64,000 nt of DNA from Spirochaetales bacterium (GTDB lineage Bacteria > Spirochaetota > Spirochaetia > DSM-27196 > SLST01), in contig SKZO01000066.1 of the NCBI GenBank assembly GCA_007127335.1, positions 199 through 64,198 of the forward strand. Reading direction: 5' to 3'. Shown one piece after another: positions 10,601 to 21,140 of this stretch. Made by a program: the position numbers and the translations under genes. The notes beneath the pieces were generated by a model. It was not told the origin of the DNA and did not search any database. It was given only the letters and a program-made list of their open reading frames with translations. Numbering within the stretch: the first letter of the stretch is position 1; each line of letters opens with the position of its first letter.

Positions 10601-11017
10601 CGGAGATTCGTCCTGGTCTTTCACGACGCTCGCCACGCCGGCCGCCTGAAGACCTGAGTTCCCCACGGGTCCCACGAGGCTCAGGATCCTGAGCTCGGGC
10701 GCGCTCATGTGGGCGTTCATCTGTCGCCCTCTCGAGTGGGACCCGTCCTTGTTGAACAGGCTCAGGAAGAACATCTCCGGTGAGATTCCGCGGGCGAGCA
10801 TCAATGCCTTGTCACGGTAGTGGCAGTGCAGCCAGTCGCCTGCGTTCAGATGGGGTGCGAGCATGACGCTGGCCTCATGACCGGCCCCCGACACGTGGAA
10901 GAATGCCTCTCCACGTCCCGTGTACTCTTCCTCGATGCGATCCATTTCGCGCGATGTGACCATGTATCGGTAGAGCTCCAGTGTTCTCGTCTGCGTCTTC
11001 GTGAGCGTCTGGGCCAT
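7628..11017 (-). CDS. Fusion protein: 2-oxoacid dehydrogenase E1 alpha + E1 beta + lipoyl domain + 3-oxoacyl-ACP synthase III (FabH-like) domain
   Basis: A single 1129-aa ORF. The E1alpha TPP motif SLGDG-x27-N lies in aa 1-320 (nt 10058..11017). The E1beta/transketolase-like region is aa ~341-665 (nt 9023..9997). The lipoyl domain with ELEADKAAF is aa ~677-756 (nt 8750..8989), followed by an Ala/Pro/Gly linker. The KAS III domain with C926 (DISAACSGY), H1057 (VPHQAN) and N1087 ([10 protein letters not shown]) is aa ~809-1129 (nt 7628..8593). No E2 catalytic core is present. Confidence 0.85.
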   Translation of the reverse strand: MAQTLTKTQTRTLELYRYMVTSREMDRIEEEYTGRGEAFFHVSGAGHEASVMLAPHLNAGDWLHCHYRDKALMLARGISPEMFFLSLFNKDGSHSRGRQMNAHMSAPELRILSLVGPVGNSGLQAAGVASVVKDQDESPIVLCSLGDGMTQQGEILEAIGHCVRDTLPVLFLIQDNAFAISTKTLQRTFYSTPSGQSEEFYTVPIRRIDGRDPTACHDAFGEIVAGMRETRGPAIAIMSVDRLSNHTNADDQRMYRTPQEIEHIRSTGDPILVMRRHLEETGVAPAELDALREQVETELRATARKAQRSAEPEPVTTAVKPLPARLRDRENEYTGGRGGGELTMLEAIREVLRARLGTDERVQLFGEDLEDPKGDVFGITRGLTQQFPGRVVNSPLAEATIVGVTVGQALAGKRPVAFLQFADFLPIAYNQIFAELGSMHWRTDGGWQVPVIVMVTCGGYRPGLGPFHASSMEGIAAHTPGIDVFMPSTAGEAAGLLNAAFESERPTIFFYPKNCLNDRSAVTTNDVDRHLVPIGTARTVRSGEHITLVGWGNTVRLCRQAADALAAIDVSAEIIDLRSLVPWDVERVSESVSKTRRLVVVHEDNHTGGMGAEVIATVSERLSGPIIARRVTRGDTYVPCNFANQLEVLPSYRRLLETCVDVLGGTVAWKLPEDSASGVRTVEAIGASPSDESVTVITWHIEPGSDLAEGQLVAELEADKAAFDFKSPVAGTVVELLCEEGDTVKVGAPLFNVRTVEGDVSLKPVTREEPGEPVITGIEPGGIARPEAGFTGSTVASAPATAPGNGAGARLVAGLAGVARRTGSRLVDNEEISRMCPSWSPQDIVKRTGIESRQWVAEGETALSMAVEASKEALEQQGLKVDDIDLILCATGTPLYTTPSMATLIQYELAGDRDTNTAGYDISAACSGYLYGLQIAYDYLQSKPRHRVLLVTTEALSPKLDTADPDTAPIFGDAATASVLVGSANAGSAAAQIFRPAIGAQGEPGDALKVPVSDLERIGMDGPKVYQVAVRAMIDMLRSAAQEAHVNLSDLSLVVPHQANQRIINAVRQRMRVPAEMVYSNIRTLGNTSSSTIPLCLAELIGTRASGELIGMTAFGGGFTYAGAVMRAV

Positions 11018-11096
11018 CAGTCTCTCCTTCCTGTATCGCGACTACCAGTTGAGCATTACACTAAGCAATCCTCTTGACTATACCACGTGGGCCGAC

Positions 11097-11125
11097 TTGA
11101 AGTCACCTTGGCGACTGGCTATATT
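11097..11125 (+). promoter_or_regulatory. Candidate sigma70-type promoter for acnA
   Basis: TTGAAG (11097-11102), a 17-nt spacer, then TATATT (11120-11125), with GAGG 6 nt before the acnA ATG at 11142. The implied leader is very short, so this is tentative. Confidence 0.3.
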
Positions 11126-11141
11126 CTCCGCGAGGTTGTCA

Positions 11142-13883
11142 ATGAGTGATTCAAGCAGGTATGACGTTATCGATTCCTTCCAGAGTGGGCAAGGCCGGGT
11201 GGAATACTTCAGTCTTCGCAAGCTCGAAGAGGCAGGGTTCCACGGGCTCACGCGCATGCCTGTTTCGATCCGGGTGCTCGCTGAGTCGGTCGTCCGCGGG
11301 GTGAACGGGAAGGAGATCACCGACGATCATGTCGCGCTCTTCTGCGGGTATGACCCCCGCAGTCCTGGTGAGCTCGAGATCCCGTTCAGTCCCGCCAGGG
11401 TGCTCCTGCAGGATTTCACCGGAGTGCCCTGTGTTGTCGATCTCGCCGCGATGAGATCGGCTATGGCGAGACTGGGCGGAGATCCGGGCAGAATCAACCC
11501 GCAGCTGCCGGTGAACCTGGTGATCGACCATTCGGTCCAGGTGGACGTGTTCAACAGCCCTGACGCGCTCAAGCAGAATGCGGAGATGGAGTTCGCTCGC
11601 AACCAGGAACGGTACGAGTTCCTGCGATGGGGGCAGGGTGCGCTACGCAACTTCGACGTCGTGCCGCCGGCGAGCGGTATCTGTCACCAGGTCAACCTCG
11701 AGTACCTTGCTCCGGTCGTCCAGGCGCGTGAGACGGACGGCAGGCGCATCGCGTACTTCGATTCGCTCGTGGGTACCGACAGCCACACTCCAATGATCAA
11801 CGGCCTTGGTGTCGTCGGTTGGGGCGTGGGCGGCATCGAGGCCGAAGCCGCGATGCTCGGCCAGCCGATCTACATGCTCGCGCCGGGGGTCGTCGGCGTG
11901 AAACTCACCGGTGAGCTCAATCCCGGCGTCACCGCGACCGATCTCGTGCTCGTCGTAACCGAGACGCTGCGCGCCCACGGAGTCGTGGGCCGCTTCGTCG
12001 AGTTTTTCGGGACCGGTCTCTCCACAATGACCGTGCCCGACCGTGCGACGATTTCGAACATGGCCCCCGAGTATGGAGCAACCGTAGGCTACTTCCCCGT
12101 GGATGAACAGTCGCTGCGCTATCTTCACGCGACCGGGCGTCCGCAGGAGCTCATCGATCTCGTTGAGCGCTACACCAAGGAACAGGGTGTTTTCCGCACC
12201 GACGACTCGCGCGATCCGGAATTCCAGGAAACCGTCGAGATCGATCTGTCATCCGTAGAGCCGAGCATGGCCGGCCCCAAGCGACCGCAGGATCGCGTCG
12301 CGATCCGCGATCTCAAACGGAGTTGGGGTGAGATGCTTCGCACGCCGGTCGAGAAGCGCGGCTTCGCGCTCGGCGACGAGACGGCCCGGACGGCGGTGGA
12401 GGTCGAGTACAACGACGGGACCCGCGGACCGCTGAAGCACGGCGATGTCGTCATCGCCGCGATCACGAGCTGTACGAACACCTCCAATCCCGCCGTGCTG
12501 ATGGGAGCCGGGCTGCTGGCCAAGCGTGCCGTAGAGGCGGGGCTCGTCGCGAAGCCGTGGGTCAAGACGAGTTTCGCGCCGGGCAGCATGGTGGTGACCG
12601 AGTATCTCGTCCGTGCAGGCTTGATGCCGTACCTCGAGAGGCTCGGGTTCTACCTCGTCGGGTACGGCTGTACCACCTGTATTGGAAACAGCGGTCCGAT
12701 CCCCCCGAACATCGCGCGGGGCATTGAGGCGGAAGACCTTGTCGTCGCCGGGGTGCTTTCCGGAAACCGGAACTTCGAGGGACGGATCAACCCGCATGTA
12801 AAGGCGAATTTCCTCGCCTCGCCGCCGCTGGTCGTTGCGTACGCGCTCGCCGGGACGGTTGACATCGATCTCACGAACGACCCGATCGGCACCGGTTCGA
12901 ACGGGCAGCCGGTCTACCTTGCCGACATCTGGCCGGACGACGCCGAGCTTGCCGACTTCGTGAACAAGGCGCTCGATCGGGAGGCCTTTATCCGGAGTTA
13001 CGGCGGACTGGAGTCGTCCAATCCCCAATGGAACGCGATCACCTTGTCCGGGAGCGAGCTCTACCCCTGGAACGAGGAGAGCACGTATATCCAGGAGCCA
13101 CCCTTCTTCACGGACATGTCAATGATCGTGGAGCCGATTTCGCCGATCGAGAACGCGCGGGTCCTCGTGCAGGCAGGAGACAGTACGACAACCGATCACA
13201 TCAGCCCTGCCGGTGCGATCGATCCGTCGAGTCCCGCAGGCAGGTACCTCGTGGAGAAGGGCGTTGCGGTCCGGGATTTCAACAGCTACGGCAGTCGCCG
13301 CGGGAACGATCGGATCATGACCCGGGGGACCTTTGCAAACATCCGTTTCCGCAACCTGATCGCGCCGGGAACCGAAGGCAGCCACACCGTTCACCTCCCC
13401 AGCGGCGACGGCATGGACATCCACAGTGCGAGCCTGCGATACGAGCAGGAGGGGGTGCCCACGATCATCCTTGGCGGCAAGGATTACGGCATGGGCTCGA
13501 GCCGCGACTGGGCGGCCAAGGGGACCTACCTGCTCGGGGTTCGGGCCGTCATAGCGGAGAGCTACGAGCGAATCCACCGCAGCAATCTGGTGGGGATGGG
13601 CGTGTTGCCGCTCCAGTTCAGGCCGGGCGACACTGCCGCGAGCCTTGGTCTCAGCAGCCGGGAGTCATTCACGATCTCCATAGATGATCGGGTTCGTCCC
13701 GGGATGGAGGTCGAAATCGTCGCGACCGACGACGACGGGCGGCGGGTGACCTTCAGCGCGGTCTGTCGGCTCGACACGCCGGTGGAGATCGACTACTACC
13801 GCAACGGTGGCATACTCCAGACGGTGCTGCGTCGATTCCTCAACGAAGAGGCTGCTCCTGCACGAGCAGGTGTTCCCACGTGA
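11142..13883 (+). CDS. acnA: Aconitate hydratase A
   Basis: Start moved to the ATG at 11142 ([13 protein letters not shown]...). Family-typical blocks include [53 protein letters not shown] and [10 protein letters not shown]. Confidence 0.9.
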   Translation: MSDSSRYDVIDSFQSGQGRVEYFSLRKLEEAGFHGLTRMPVSIRVLAESVVRGVNGKEITDDHVALFCGYDPRSPGELEIPFSPARVLLQDFTGVPCVVDLAAMRSAMARLGGDPGRINPQLPVNLVIDHSVQVDVFNSPDALKQNAEMEFARNQERYEFLRWGQGALRNFDVVPPASGICHQVNLEYLAPVVQARETDGRRIAYFDSLVGTDSHTPMINGLGVVGWGVGGIEAEAAMLGQPIYMLAPGVVGVKLTGELNPGVTATDLVLVVTETLRAHGVVGRFVEFFGTGLSTMTVPDRATISNMAPEYGATVGYFPVDEQSLRYLHATGRPQELIDLVERYTKEQGVFRTDDSRDPEFQETVEIDLSSVEPSMAGPKRPQDRVAIRDLKRSWGEMLRTPVEKRGFALGDETARTAVEVEYNDGTRGPLKHGDVVIAAITSCTNTSNPAVLMGAGLLAKRAVEAGLVAKPWVKTSFAPGSMVVTEYLVRAGLMPYLERLGFYLVGYGCTTCIGNSGPIPPNIARGIEAEDLVVAGVLSGNRNFEGRINPHVKANFLASPPLVVAYALAGTVDIDLTNDPIGTGSNGQPVYLADIWPDDAELADFVNKALDREAFIRSYGGLESSNPQWNAITLSGSELYPWNEESTYIQEPPFFTDMSMIVEPISPIENARVLVQAGDSTTTDHISPAGAIDPSSPAGRYLVEKGVAVRDFNSYGSRRGNDRIMTRGTFANIRFRNLIAPGTEGSHTVHLPSGDGMDIHSASLRYEQEGVPTIILGGKDYGMGSSRDWAAKGTYLLGVRAVIAESYERIHRSNLVGMGVLPLQFRPGDTAASLGLSSRESFTISIDDRVRPGMEVEIVATDDDGRRVTFSAVCRLDTPVEIDYYRNGGILQTVLRRFLNEEAAPARAGVPT

Positions 13884-14946
13884 GCCCTTCACCCGAGCTC
13901 ATCGGCCTCTGAAGGCGGGCCCCGACGATCGTTGCCGCGAAACACGGCTCGAGCCCGGCCTTCAGAGTCTCCGAGCGAAGCGGAGCGATATCCTGCGGGC
14001 GCAGCACGTGACCCGTGGGAAGGTCCTGTACGGCCAGGAGTGACCTTCGCGTTGTCCTGTACGAGCGGGCTTCACGAGCCGACAGGTGTTTGACCCCGGT
14101 CCCAAGGACCGCTTCGACGCGAGAGGCCCCGTATTCCCTTTCGAACTCACGGATAATCGACCGCGTTCCGTCATCCGGACTGATCGAGCGGATTGCGTCG
14201 ACTCGGCGTATCGTTGCGGCCATGCGGGTGAACATCGTCGGGTCCATCGCGATCGGGTCGTCGAGACCCGTTCCGTCCCGCGAGAGGGTGAAGTGCTTCT
14301 CAATTACGGCGGCACCGAAGGCGGCGGCGAGTCCTGGAACGAGCTCCGGGTGCTCGCTGTGATCCGAGATGCCGACCGGGATACCGAGGATCCGGCGAAG
14401 CCCCGGTACGAGCCGGAGGTTGTACTCCTCCTCAGGCGCCGGATAGGCAGTGACGCAGTGCAGGAGCGTCACCTGCGTACGGCCGGTGATCGAGAGTGCA
14501 TACTCGATGTCACAGAGACGCGACACGCCGCTGCTGATGATGAGCGGAAGGCCGTAGCCGGCCACCTCCTGCAGCAGCTCCGTGTGGTTCAGCTCCGGAG
14601 AGGCGATCTTGACGGCCGCGGGGCCGATCCCACGCAGGGCACGAGCGCTCGCGATCCCGAACGGAGTGCACAGAAAGTCGATGTCGGCCGACCTGCAGAT
14701 CTCCAGCATCTGTTCGTAGAAACTCTGCGGCTGCTCGAGCGCTTTAAACCGCTCGTAGAGCGCCGTCGGTCCGCCGGGGAGCGCAACAGCGCCGGTGGCG
14801 GGGTGGACGATCTCGTCCGCTATCACATACTGGAATTTCGCGCAGTCGGCGCCGGCGTCGCGGGCTGCGTGAACCAGCTCCTGCGCCAGCGCGAGGTCGC
14901 CCCCGTGTGCCGTGCCGATCTCGGCCACAATGTAGGTGTCCACCAT
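13840..14946 (-). CDS. N-acetylneuraminate synthase family protein (NeuB/PseI/SpsE-like, with C-terminal SAF domain)
   Basis: [34 protein letters not shown], a TIM-barrel pattern with ISDHS and EKHFT, and a SAF-like C-terminus. No other nonulosonic-acid genes lie nearby. Confidence 0.8.
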   Translation of the reverse strand: MVDTYIVAEIGTAHGGDLALAQELVHAARDAGADCAKFQYVIADEIVHPATGAVALPGGPTALYERFKALEQPQSFYEQMLEICRSADIDFLCTPFGIASARALRGIGPAAVKIASPELNHTELLQEVAGYGLPLIISSGVSRLCDIEYALSITGRTQVTLLHCVTAYPAPEEEYNLRLVPGLRRILGIPVGISDHSEHPELVPGLAAAFGAAVIEKHFTLSRDGTGLDDPIAMDPTMFTRMAATIRRVDAIRSISPDDGTRSIIREFEREYGASRVEAVLGTGVKHLSAREARSYRTTRRSLLAVQDLPTGHVLRPQDIAPLRSETLKAGLEPCFAATIVGARLQRPMSSGEGLTWEHLLVQEQPLR

Positions 14947-14977
14947 ACGAACATCATATTCGCACGCGAAGGCGGCT

Positions 14978-15466
14978 TCAGTCGAGGCATGGCCCGACCT
15001 CCCGGCTCATCTGCAGACCGACGAAGCCGGCCTGACGGGCGGCCTCGTACGCTGCGACTGCCACCGCGTTACTCAGGTTGAGGCATCGTGCCTCGCTCAC
15101 CGTCGGAATCCTCACGATGGGACCCGTATGCGTACTGAGAATCTCCTCCGGCAATCCGTGCGACTCGTTGCCGAAGACCAGGCAGACATCGCTCGAATAC
15201 GCTACCTGCGAATAGGCGACCCTCCCACGGCTGGTGAAGAGCACCGTCTCCCGCGGATCCCTGCCAAGCAGGAAATCGGCATACGAGGCGTGGTGGCGAA
15301 CCGTCAGCAGATGCCAGTAGTCGAGTCCCGCGCGGCGAAGTGATCGATCGTCGACCCGGAAGCCGAGCGGGTGAACGAGGTGAAGAGTTGCACCAAGCGC
15401 GGCGCAGGTGCGGGCGACGTTGCCTGTGTTCTGCGGAATCTCCGGTTGGACGAGGACGATGTTCAT
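14978..15466 (-). CDS. trmL: tRNA (cytidine/uridine(34)-2'-O)-methyltransferase, SpoU family
   Basis: MNIVLVQPEIPQNTGNVARTCAALGATLHLV...LDYW and a C-terminal LNLSNAVAV knot motif. Length is 162 aa. Confidence 0.85.
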   Translation of the reverse strand: MNIVLVQPEIPQNTGNVARTCAALGATLHLVHPLGFRVDDRSLRRAGLDYWHLLTVRHHASYADFLLGRDPRETVLFTSRGRVAYSQVAYSSDVCLVFGNESHGLPEEILSTHTGPIVRIPTVSEARCLNLSNAVAVAAYEAARQAGFVGLQMSREVGPCLD

Positions 15467-15759
15467 TGCGCCTGGTTTCGCGTGAGGCAGCGTTGGAGCT
15501 TCGCGACCAGTTCGCGTCCGTCGAGCGCCGCGGCACGGATGGTGTCTGCGTCGGCCTCCGTCTGTCCTCCGTGGGGATCGGAGGCGATCAGCTCGGCGCT
15601 CGTGAGGATTCGAGTGAGCGCGTTGTTCAACTCGTGAATCGTGCTGCGGATTTCGTTCGGGGTGTCGATGGTCTGCCTCCCTTGCGGTCCGGCTCGTTGA
15701 TGTCCGGCAGGATTCCCCGGATGCTCACCGCGGGACCGTATCCGCATAGTGAGGGTCAC
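15463..15759 (-). CDS. Small protein with a histidine-kinase DHp/H-box-like segment (no ATPase domain)
   Basis: EIRSTIHELNNALTRILTSAELI resembles a HisKA H-box. The ORF overlaps the relA 3' end by 35 nt and shares an ATGA junction with trmL. The true start is uncertain. Confidence 0.35.
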   Translation of the reverse strand: MTLTMRIRSRGEHPGNPAGHQRAGPQGRQTIDTPNEIRSTIHELNNALTRILTSAELIASDPHGGQTEADADTIRAAALDGRELVAKLQRCLTRNQAQ

Positions 15760-17758
15760 CCATTCCCGGGACGGCCGTGATGTTGAGTACCTGGGGGATC
15801 GATCTGACGCTCTTCATCACCTTCTTGAAGTCGTCGCGCCGATCGAGCTCCACGGTGAACTGGGCGTCGAGTCGTCCGTCGTCGATCTCCTCCACCCGGC
15901 CCTCAATGAGATTCCCGTGGAATTTCCGGATCGCACCTTCGATCTCGCTGAACAGGTCAAAGGTGCGGCGTGCGACGACACGGAACCTGCGTGTCTCGCG
16001 GGGAGATACGGTCTCCCATTCGACTTCAATGGATCGTGTCTCGAAGTCGGGAATGCCCGCCAGGTTGGTGCAGTCCTGGCGATGTACGATGATGCCGCGT
16101 CCCCGCGAGATGTAGCCCACTATCTCATCTCCGGTCGTCGGATGACAGCACTGAGCGAAGTGGATCATCATATTGCGCTCGTCACCGACGCGAACACCGA
16201 CCTTCCTGGGATCGATCACCGTTGCCGACTCGTGCGGTTCCTCCGTAGCCTCCTGCGCCCGATCACGCCGGGAGGGCTCGGCGGCCTTCTTGCGGGCAAC
16301 GATGCTCTTGTCCAGAATCAGGCTCTCATCGTGTTTGTTGAGCCACTGGCGGATCTTCTGCCGGGTGCGGGTTGTGCGTGCGTAGCGAAGCCAGTTGAGG
16401 TGCGGATGGGCGTGCGGCGAGGTGATGATTTCAATGACCTGGGTGTTCTTCAGCTCCGCGCGCAGCGGGATGATCGATCCGTCGGCCTTTGCGGCCATCG
16501 TATGGTGGCCTACCTCCGTGTGGATGTGATAGGCGAAGTCGATCGCCGTCGCTCCGCGAGGAAGCTGTATCGCGTCACCCTTGGGTGTGAAGACGTAGAT
16601 CGAGTCCTTGAGTATCTCCTGCTTGATCTCCTCGAGAAACTCGTTCGACGTCAGACGGATCGCTCCAAGGTCCCGCACGCGGTTCAGGATGGCCAGATCA
16701 TGTGAACGAGTCTCTGCGCGGGTGAGCCCCTGTTTGTAGACCCAGTGTGCCGCAATCCCATATTCGGCGATCTGGTGCATCTCGCGCGTACGGATCTGAA
16801 TCTCGAGCAGCTTGCCGTCGAAGCCCATAACCGTCGTATGCAGACTCTGGTACTTGTTCGCCTTTGGCATCGCGATGTAATCCTTGAACCGACCCTCTAT
16901 TGGTGGCCAGATTCGATGGACGATACCCAGCAGCGTGTAGCACTGACTCGAATTGTCGCAGACGACTCTGGTGCCGAGCAGGTCAAATATCTCGTCGAGT
17001 TCCTTGCTGCGCCGGCGCATCTTCTCGTAGATCGAGTAGAAGTGCTTTGCTCTGGTTTCGACCTCGATGTCGATGCCTGCCTCCGATGCCGCTTCAGCGA
17101 TCGAAGCTTCGATCCGATCGAGGTATTCCGCGCGCTCGGTGCGCTTCTCGGCGACGTATGCCTTGATCTGGTCGTACGCTTCCTTGTTGATGTGTTTGAG
17201 TGCGAGATCCTCGAGCTCGTCCTTGAGCCACGCGATGCCGAGCCGCCCGGCGAGCGGGGCATAGATGTCGAGCGTTTCCTGGGCGATAGCGCGTCGGCGC
17301 GACTCCTTCTTGTACTCGAGTGTCCGCATGTTATGCAGCTTGTCCGCGAGCTTGATCAGGATGACCCGGATATCCTTGACCATCGCGAAAAGCATCTTCC
17401 GAATCGTTTCCGTCGTCTGGACGCTCTTGTTCTTGGCCTTGACCGCGGCGATCTTCGTGACCCCGTTGACAAGTTGCTCCACGTCCTTGCCGAACTCCTG
17501 TCGCAGCTCCGCTCTCGTCATCACCGTGTCTTCGAGAACGTCGTGAAGCAGAGCGCTGACGATGGCCGCCGCATCAAGACGCAGCCCTATCAGTATCTCG
17601 GCGACCTGCAACGGGTGCACGAGGAACGGCTCGCCGCTCTCGCGAATCTGACCTTCGTGCAACAGGCGGCTCTTGTGCGCCGCGCGGACGATCGTCTCCC
17701 GGTCTTCGGGCGTGTATGAGTCAAGGATTGTCTCAAACTGCTCAATCGTCGTTACCAT
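15725..17758 (-). CDS. relA: Bifunctional (p)ppGpp synthetase/hydrolase, RelA/SpoT homologue
   Basis: Start set at the ATG at 17758 ([12 protein letters not shown]...). HD hydrolase motif (HPLQVAEIL...LLHDVLEDT), synthetase block (DYIAMPKANKYQSLHTTV), then TGS and ACT-like C-terminal regions. Confidence 0.9.
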   Translation of the reverse strand: MVTTIEQFETILDSYTPEDRETIVRAAHKSRLLHEGQIRESGEPFLVHPLQVAEILIGLRLDAAAIVSALLHDVLEDTVMTRAELRQEFGKDVEQLVNGVTKIAAVKAKNKSVQTTETIRKMLFAMVKDIRVILIKLADKLHNMRTLEYKKESRRRAIAQETLDIYAPLAGRLGIAWLKDELEDLALKHINKEAYDQIKAYVAEKRTERAEYLDRIEASIAEAASEAGIDIEVETRAKHFYSIYEKMRRRSKELDEIFDLLGTRVVCDNSSQCYTLLGIVHRIWPPIEGRFKDYIAMPKANKYQSLHTTVMGFDGKLLEIQIRTREMHQIAEYGIAAHWVYKQGLTRAETRSHDLAILNRVRDLGAIRLTSNEFLEEIKQEILKDSIYVFTPKGDAIQLPRGATAIDFAYHIHTEVGHHTMAAKADGSIIPLRAELKNTQVIEIITSPHAHPHLNWLRYARTTRTRQKIRQWLNKHDESLILDKSIVARKKAAEPSRRDRAQEATEEPHESATVIDPRKVGVRVGDERNMMIHFAQCCHPTTGDEIVGYISRGRGIIVHRQDCTNLAGIPDFETRSIEVEWETVSPRETRRFRVVARRTFDLFSEIEGAIRKFHGNLIEGRVEEIDDGRLDAQFTVELDRRDDFKKVMKSVRSIPQVLNITAVPGMGDPHYADTVPR

Positions 17759-18710
17759 GTCTCCTCTGCGCCGGTCGTCTCGCAACGAGCACTCGATCCC
17801 GACCCGCCAGATCGCGCTGGACCTCGATGTCATCGAACCCCGCATCCGCGAGTATCCCCACACCGGTGCTTCGTTGCTGTGAACCCACCTCAACAAGAAG
17901 ATACCCGAGCGGAGGCAGCAACGTCACTGCCTGAAGGGCGAGCTTCCGGACGAGGTCCAGGCCGTCTGCGCCTCCGCGGAGCGCCGCTTCCGGTTCAGGC
18001 CAGCCGCGGCCACGCAGGCCCTCGTACTCACTATCGGTCAGATAGGGCGGGTTTGCCGTGATGATTTTCGGGGCCGGGAGCTCGCGGGCTCGAATCTCCC
18101 GGGGAGCCGCGTCAAGGACATCGCTGCGCCACAACGGCACCCGTTCCCCGCTCGGGCTCGTTGCCGGCGGGAGCAGGCGAGCCCGGTTGGCCGTCGCGAC
18201 GAGCAGCGCCGAGTCGTCGACGTCTGAGCCGCTGACCATGATGTCAGGGCGCTCGGCCGCGATCGTGAGGGCGATACATCCTGAACCGGTGAATGCATCG
18301 TGAAGGTGCAGGGAGCCGGGCTCCGTCGCGAGCGAGTCGACGATACCGATCGCGGACTCAACAAGCAGCTCGGTATCCGGGCGCGGGACGAGGACCGCCG
18401 GGTTCACGCAGAACTCCCGGCCGTAGAATTCCTTTGTCCCGCGCAGGTAACTCACGGGCGTGCCGCGGCACCTCTGATCGAGCAGCCGGACGAACCTGCG
18501 CAGCGCATCCTCGCCAACCTCGTCCGGAAGCGCCGCCAGGAGGCGCTCGGTCGGCTCTCCGGTAGCGAGGCTGAGAAGGAGCAGCGAATCGAGATAGGGA
18601 GTCTCGGCAGATCCCGACGGCGCGTCCTGGAGACTTTGGCGCAACTCCAACGTCGCCCAATGCAGCACATCGCGGACCCGCCTTCGTTCCGGCGGGCATC
18701 GGTCACGCAT
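17742..18710 (-). CDS. prmC: Release factor glutamine N5-methyltransferase
   Basis: NPPY motif (ITANPPYL) and SAM-binding [11 protein letters not shown]. Lies immediately downstream of prfA with an 8-nt overlap. Confidence 0.85.
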   Translation of the reverse strand: MRDRCPPERRRVRDVLHWATLELRQSLQDAPSGSAETPYLDSLLLLSLATGEPTERLLAALPDEVGEDALRRFVRLLDQRCRGTPVSYLRGTKEFYGREFCVNPAVLVPRPDTELLVESAIGIVDSLATEPGSLHLHDAFTGSGCIALTIAAERPDIMVSGSDVDDSALLVATANRARLLPPATSPSGERVPLWRSDVLDAAPREIRARELPAPKIITANPPYLTDSEYEGLRGRGWPEPEAALRGGADGLDLVRKLALQAVTLLPPLGYLLVEVGSQQRSTGVGILADAGFDDIEVQRDLAGRDRVLVARRPAQRRHGNDD

Positions 18711-19770
18711 GATCCTTGAGATACGCCTCCCTGTCGGTGATCTTGAGCGCCCCTATTGCCTCGTCGAGCTCTCCCTGAAGGATCGAGTCGAGCCGGTACA
18801 AGGTGAGGTTGATGCGGTGGTCCGTAAACCGGTTCTGCGGGAAGTTGTAGGTGCGGATGCGTTCGCTGCGGTCACCGCTTCCTATCTGGCTGCGGCGGGT
18901 CGCCGCCTCCGCCTCGTGCCTTCGCGCTTCCTCCATCTCATACAGCCGTGCCTTGAGAACCCGCAGCGCCTTTGCCTTGTTCTTCAGCTGCGATTTCTCG
19001 TCCTGGCAGGTGACGACCATGCCCGTTGGAATGTGAGTTACGCGCACCGCTGAGTCGGTCGTGTTGACGCTCTGCCCGCCCGGTCCCGAGGATCGGTAGA
19101 CGTCTATGCGCAGATCCTCCTGGTTGACCTGAATGTCGGACTCCTCGGCTTCCGGGAGGACCGCGACGGTCACTGCGGACGTGTGGATGCGTCCTCCGGA
19201 CTCGGTCTCCGGGACCCGCTGAACACGGTGTACGCCGCTCTCGTACTTGAGATCGCCGTACACGTTCCTGCCGCTGATCGAGAACACGATTTCCTTGAAC
19301 CCGCCTATCTCGGTCGGGCTGCTGCTCATCACCTCGACCTTCCAGTTGCGAACCTCACTGAGGCGCTGGTACATCCGGTAGAGGTCCGCGGCGAAGAGCG
19401 CCGCTTCATCGCCGCCCGTGCCGGCGCGGATCTCCATGATCGCGTTCTTCGCGTCGAGTGGGTCCTTGGGAACGAGGAGGAGGCGCAGCCGGTCCTCGAG
19501 CTCGGACACCTGCGCCTCAAGCGTTTCGAGTTCCTCGCGGGCCATCTCGCGAATCGCCGAGTCGGTTTCCGACTCAAGAAGCTGCCGAGTCTCGGCGAGT
19601 GACCCTGTGACCTGCCGGTACTGTTCGTAGGCCTGCATCGTCTCGCTCAGCGCCGAGTGCTCCTGCATCACCTCGCGGTACCGCTTCTGGTCTCTGGGGA
19701 GATCCGGGTCCATGATGAGTTTGTTCAGCTCATCGTAGCGCTCACTCAGTTGTTCAAGCTTGTCAATCAT
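18703..19770 (-). CDS. prfA: Peptide chain release factor 1
   Basis: GGQ motif ([24 protein letters not shown]) and full-length RF1-type sequence. It is a single frame with no RF2-type frameshift site. Confidence 0.95.
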   Translation of the reverse strand: MIDKLEQLSERYDELNKLIMDPDLPRDQKRYREVMQEHSALSETMQAYEQYRQVTGSLAETRQLLESETDSAIREMAREELETLEAQVSELEDRLRLLLVPKDPLDAKNAIMEIRAGTGGDEAALFAADLYRMYQRLSEVRNWKVEVMSSSPTEIGGFKEIVFSISGRNVYGDLKYESGVHRVQRVPETESGGRIHTSAVTVAVLPEAEESDIQVNQEDLRIDVYRSSGPGGQSVNTTDSAVRVTHIPTGMVVTCQDEKSQLKNKAKALRVLKARLYEMEEARRHEAEAATRRSQIGSGDRSERIRTYNFPQNRFTDHRINLTLYRLDSILQGELDEAIGALKITDREAYLKDHA

Positions 19771-20353
19771 GGAAGCTCCTGTTGTCGGGAACGTCCGCCG
19801 TGCGCGGAGGATGCAGGAACCCGAACAGGCTGCCGCACACTCCGCCGGCGATATGGGCGAACTGCGAAATCGAATCCGCCTGAAAGGCGGTCACGACCTC
19901 CCGTGTGAGATAGAGCAGGACGACGAAGATGAAGGTCAGTGGTATCTCACCGCGTCTGAAGTTCGTGAACGAGCTCAGAAGGATCATCATGAAGACGATG
20001 CCGCTCGCGCCGAGCAGTCCAGTGGGGAAGATCAGGACGTTGAGCACACCGGTGATCAGCGCCGTGACGAGCATCATGAACAGGAGCGCGCGTGAGCCAT
20101 ACTTCTCCTCCAGTATAGGCCCGAGCAGCAGGATGAACGCGAAGTTGCTCACCAGATGACCCCAGCCGGCGTGGCCGATCGCGTGGGTGACCAGGCGCAG
20201 ATAGTCGAGCGGATCCGTGAGGCTCATCGTCGGCCCTACCATGAACAGGCCGGCGGTCACGCCCATTCGGGTGACCGAGTCGACGAGAAGCACGGTTGCG
20301 CTCAACAGGGCGAAGGTGAGCGTGACCGGCGCATTGTAGGTGATGCGCATCAC
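19763..20353 (-). CDS. Rhomboid family intramembrane serine protease
   Basis: Six-TM pattern with HLVSNF, catalytic GASG (LLGASGIVF) and a distal His (HIAGGVCG). Confidence 0.8.
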   Translation of the reverse strand: MMRITYNAPVTLTFALLSATVLLVDSVTRMGVTAGLFMVGPTMSLTDPLDYLRLVTHAIGHAGWGHLVSNFAFILLLGPILEEKYGSRALLFMMLVTALITGVLNVLIFPTGLLGASGIVFMMILLSSFTNFRRGEIPLTFIFVVLLYLTREVVTAFQADSISQFAHIAGGVCGSLFGFLHPPRTADVPDNRSFHD

Positions 20354-21120
20354 GGCCCCTTGTCAACGGTGATCTCAACGGGACAATGGTCGGATCCCAT
20401 GACGTCGGCCAGTATCCTCGCGCCGGTGACGGACGCAGCCGCTGCCGGGTTGACACAGTGGTAGTCGATGCGCCAGCCGACGTTTCGTTCGCGGCCCTTC
20501 GTGAAGTAGCTCCACCATGTGTAGTGGCCGCCGTCGTCGGTGAACATGCGAAAGGTATCCCGGTACCCGGCATCGATGAACCGGTCCATCCATGCGCGTT
20601 CCTCCGGCAGGTAGCCGGGGCTCTGTTCGTTCTCCCGGGGACGGGCAAGATCGATCGGCCGGTGAGCGATATTGTAGTCGCCGCAGAGCACGAGAGGGGT
20701 TCGCGAACTGTCTATCTCATCGCAGATCGACCGCATCGAGTCACAGAAGTCGAGCTTGTACTCGAGTCGTTTCCCCCCGTCCTGACTGTTCGGAAAGTAC
20801 GCCGTGATCAGCGTGAACTCCGGGTACTCCAGCAGGAGGACCCGTCCTTCAGCGTCGAACCTCGGGACTCCCATGCTCCGGACCAGACGCGGCTGCTCAC
20901 GCGTGAAAACCGCGACGCCGCTGTACCCTTTTTTCTCAGCGGACGCCCAGTAGGCGTGATATCCGGGGGGCTCGCGCAGACCATCATCCAGCTGATCAGG
21001 TTGGGCCTTGGTCTCCTGGACACAGAGGATGTCGGGGGACTCGTGCTCGAGCCATTCAAGAAATCCCTTCTTCGCGACGGCGCGGATGCCGTTCACGTTC
21101 CACGAGAGTATCCGCTTCAT
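20350..21120 (-). CDS. xth: Exodeoxyribonuclease III
   Basis: MKRILSWNVNGIRA...DILCVQETK, a DYNIAH-type motif and C-terminal SDHCPV. Confidence 0.9.
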   Translation of the reverse strand: MKRILSWNVNGIRAVAKKGFLEWLEHESPDILCVQETKAQPDQLDDGLREPPGYHAYWASAEKKGYSGVAVFTREQPRLVRSMGVPRFDAEGRVLLLEYPEFTLITAYFPNSQDGGKRLEYKLDFCDSMRSICDEIDSSRTPLVLCGDYNIAHRPIDLARPRENEQSPGYLPEERAWMDRFIDAGYRDTFRMFTDDGGHYTWWSYFTKGRERNVGWRIDYHCVNPAAAASVTGARILADVMGSDHCPVEITVDKGP

Positions 21121-21140
21121 GGCAGTGAAGGATACTGCAT

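Noticed and set aside
18703-19770. I checked the release-factor gene for a programmed +1 frameshift site.
   Set aside because: The gene is RF1 (prfA, followed by prmC), which is read in a single uninterrupted frame. The autoregulatory frameshift belongs to RF2.
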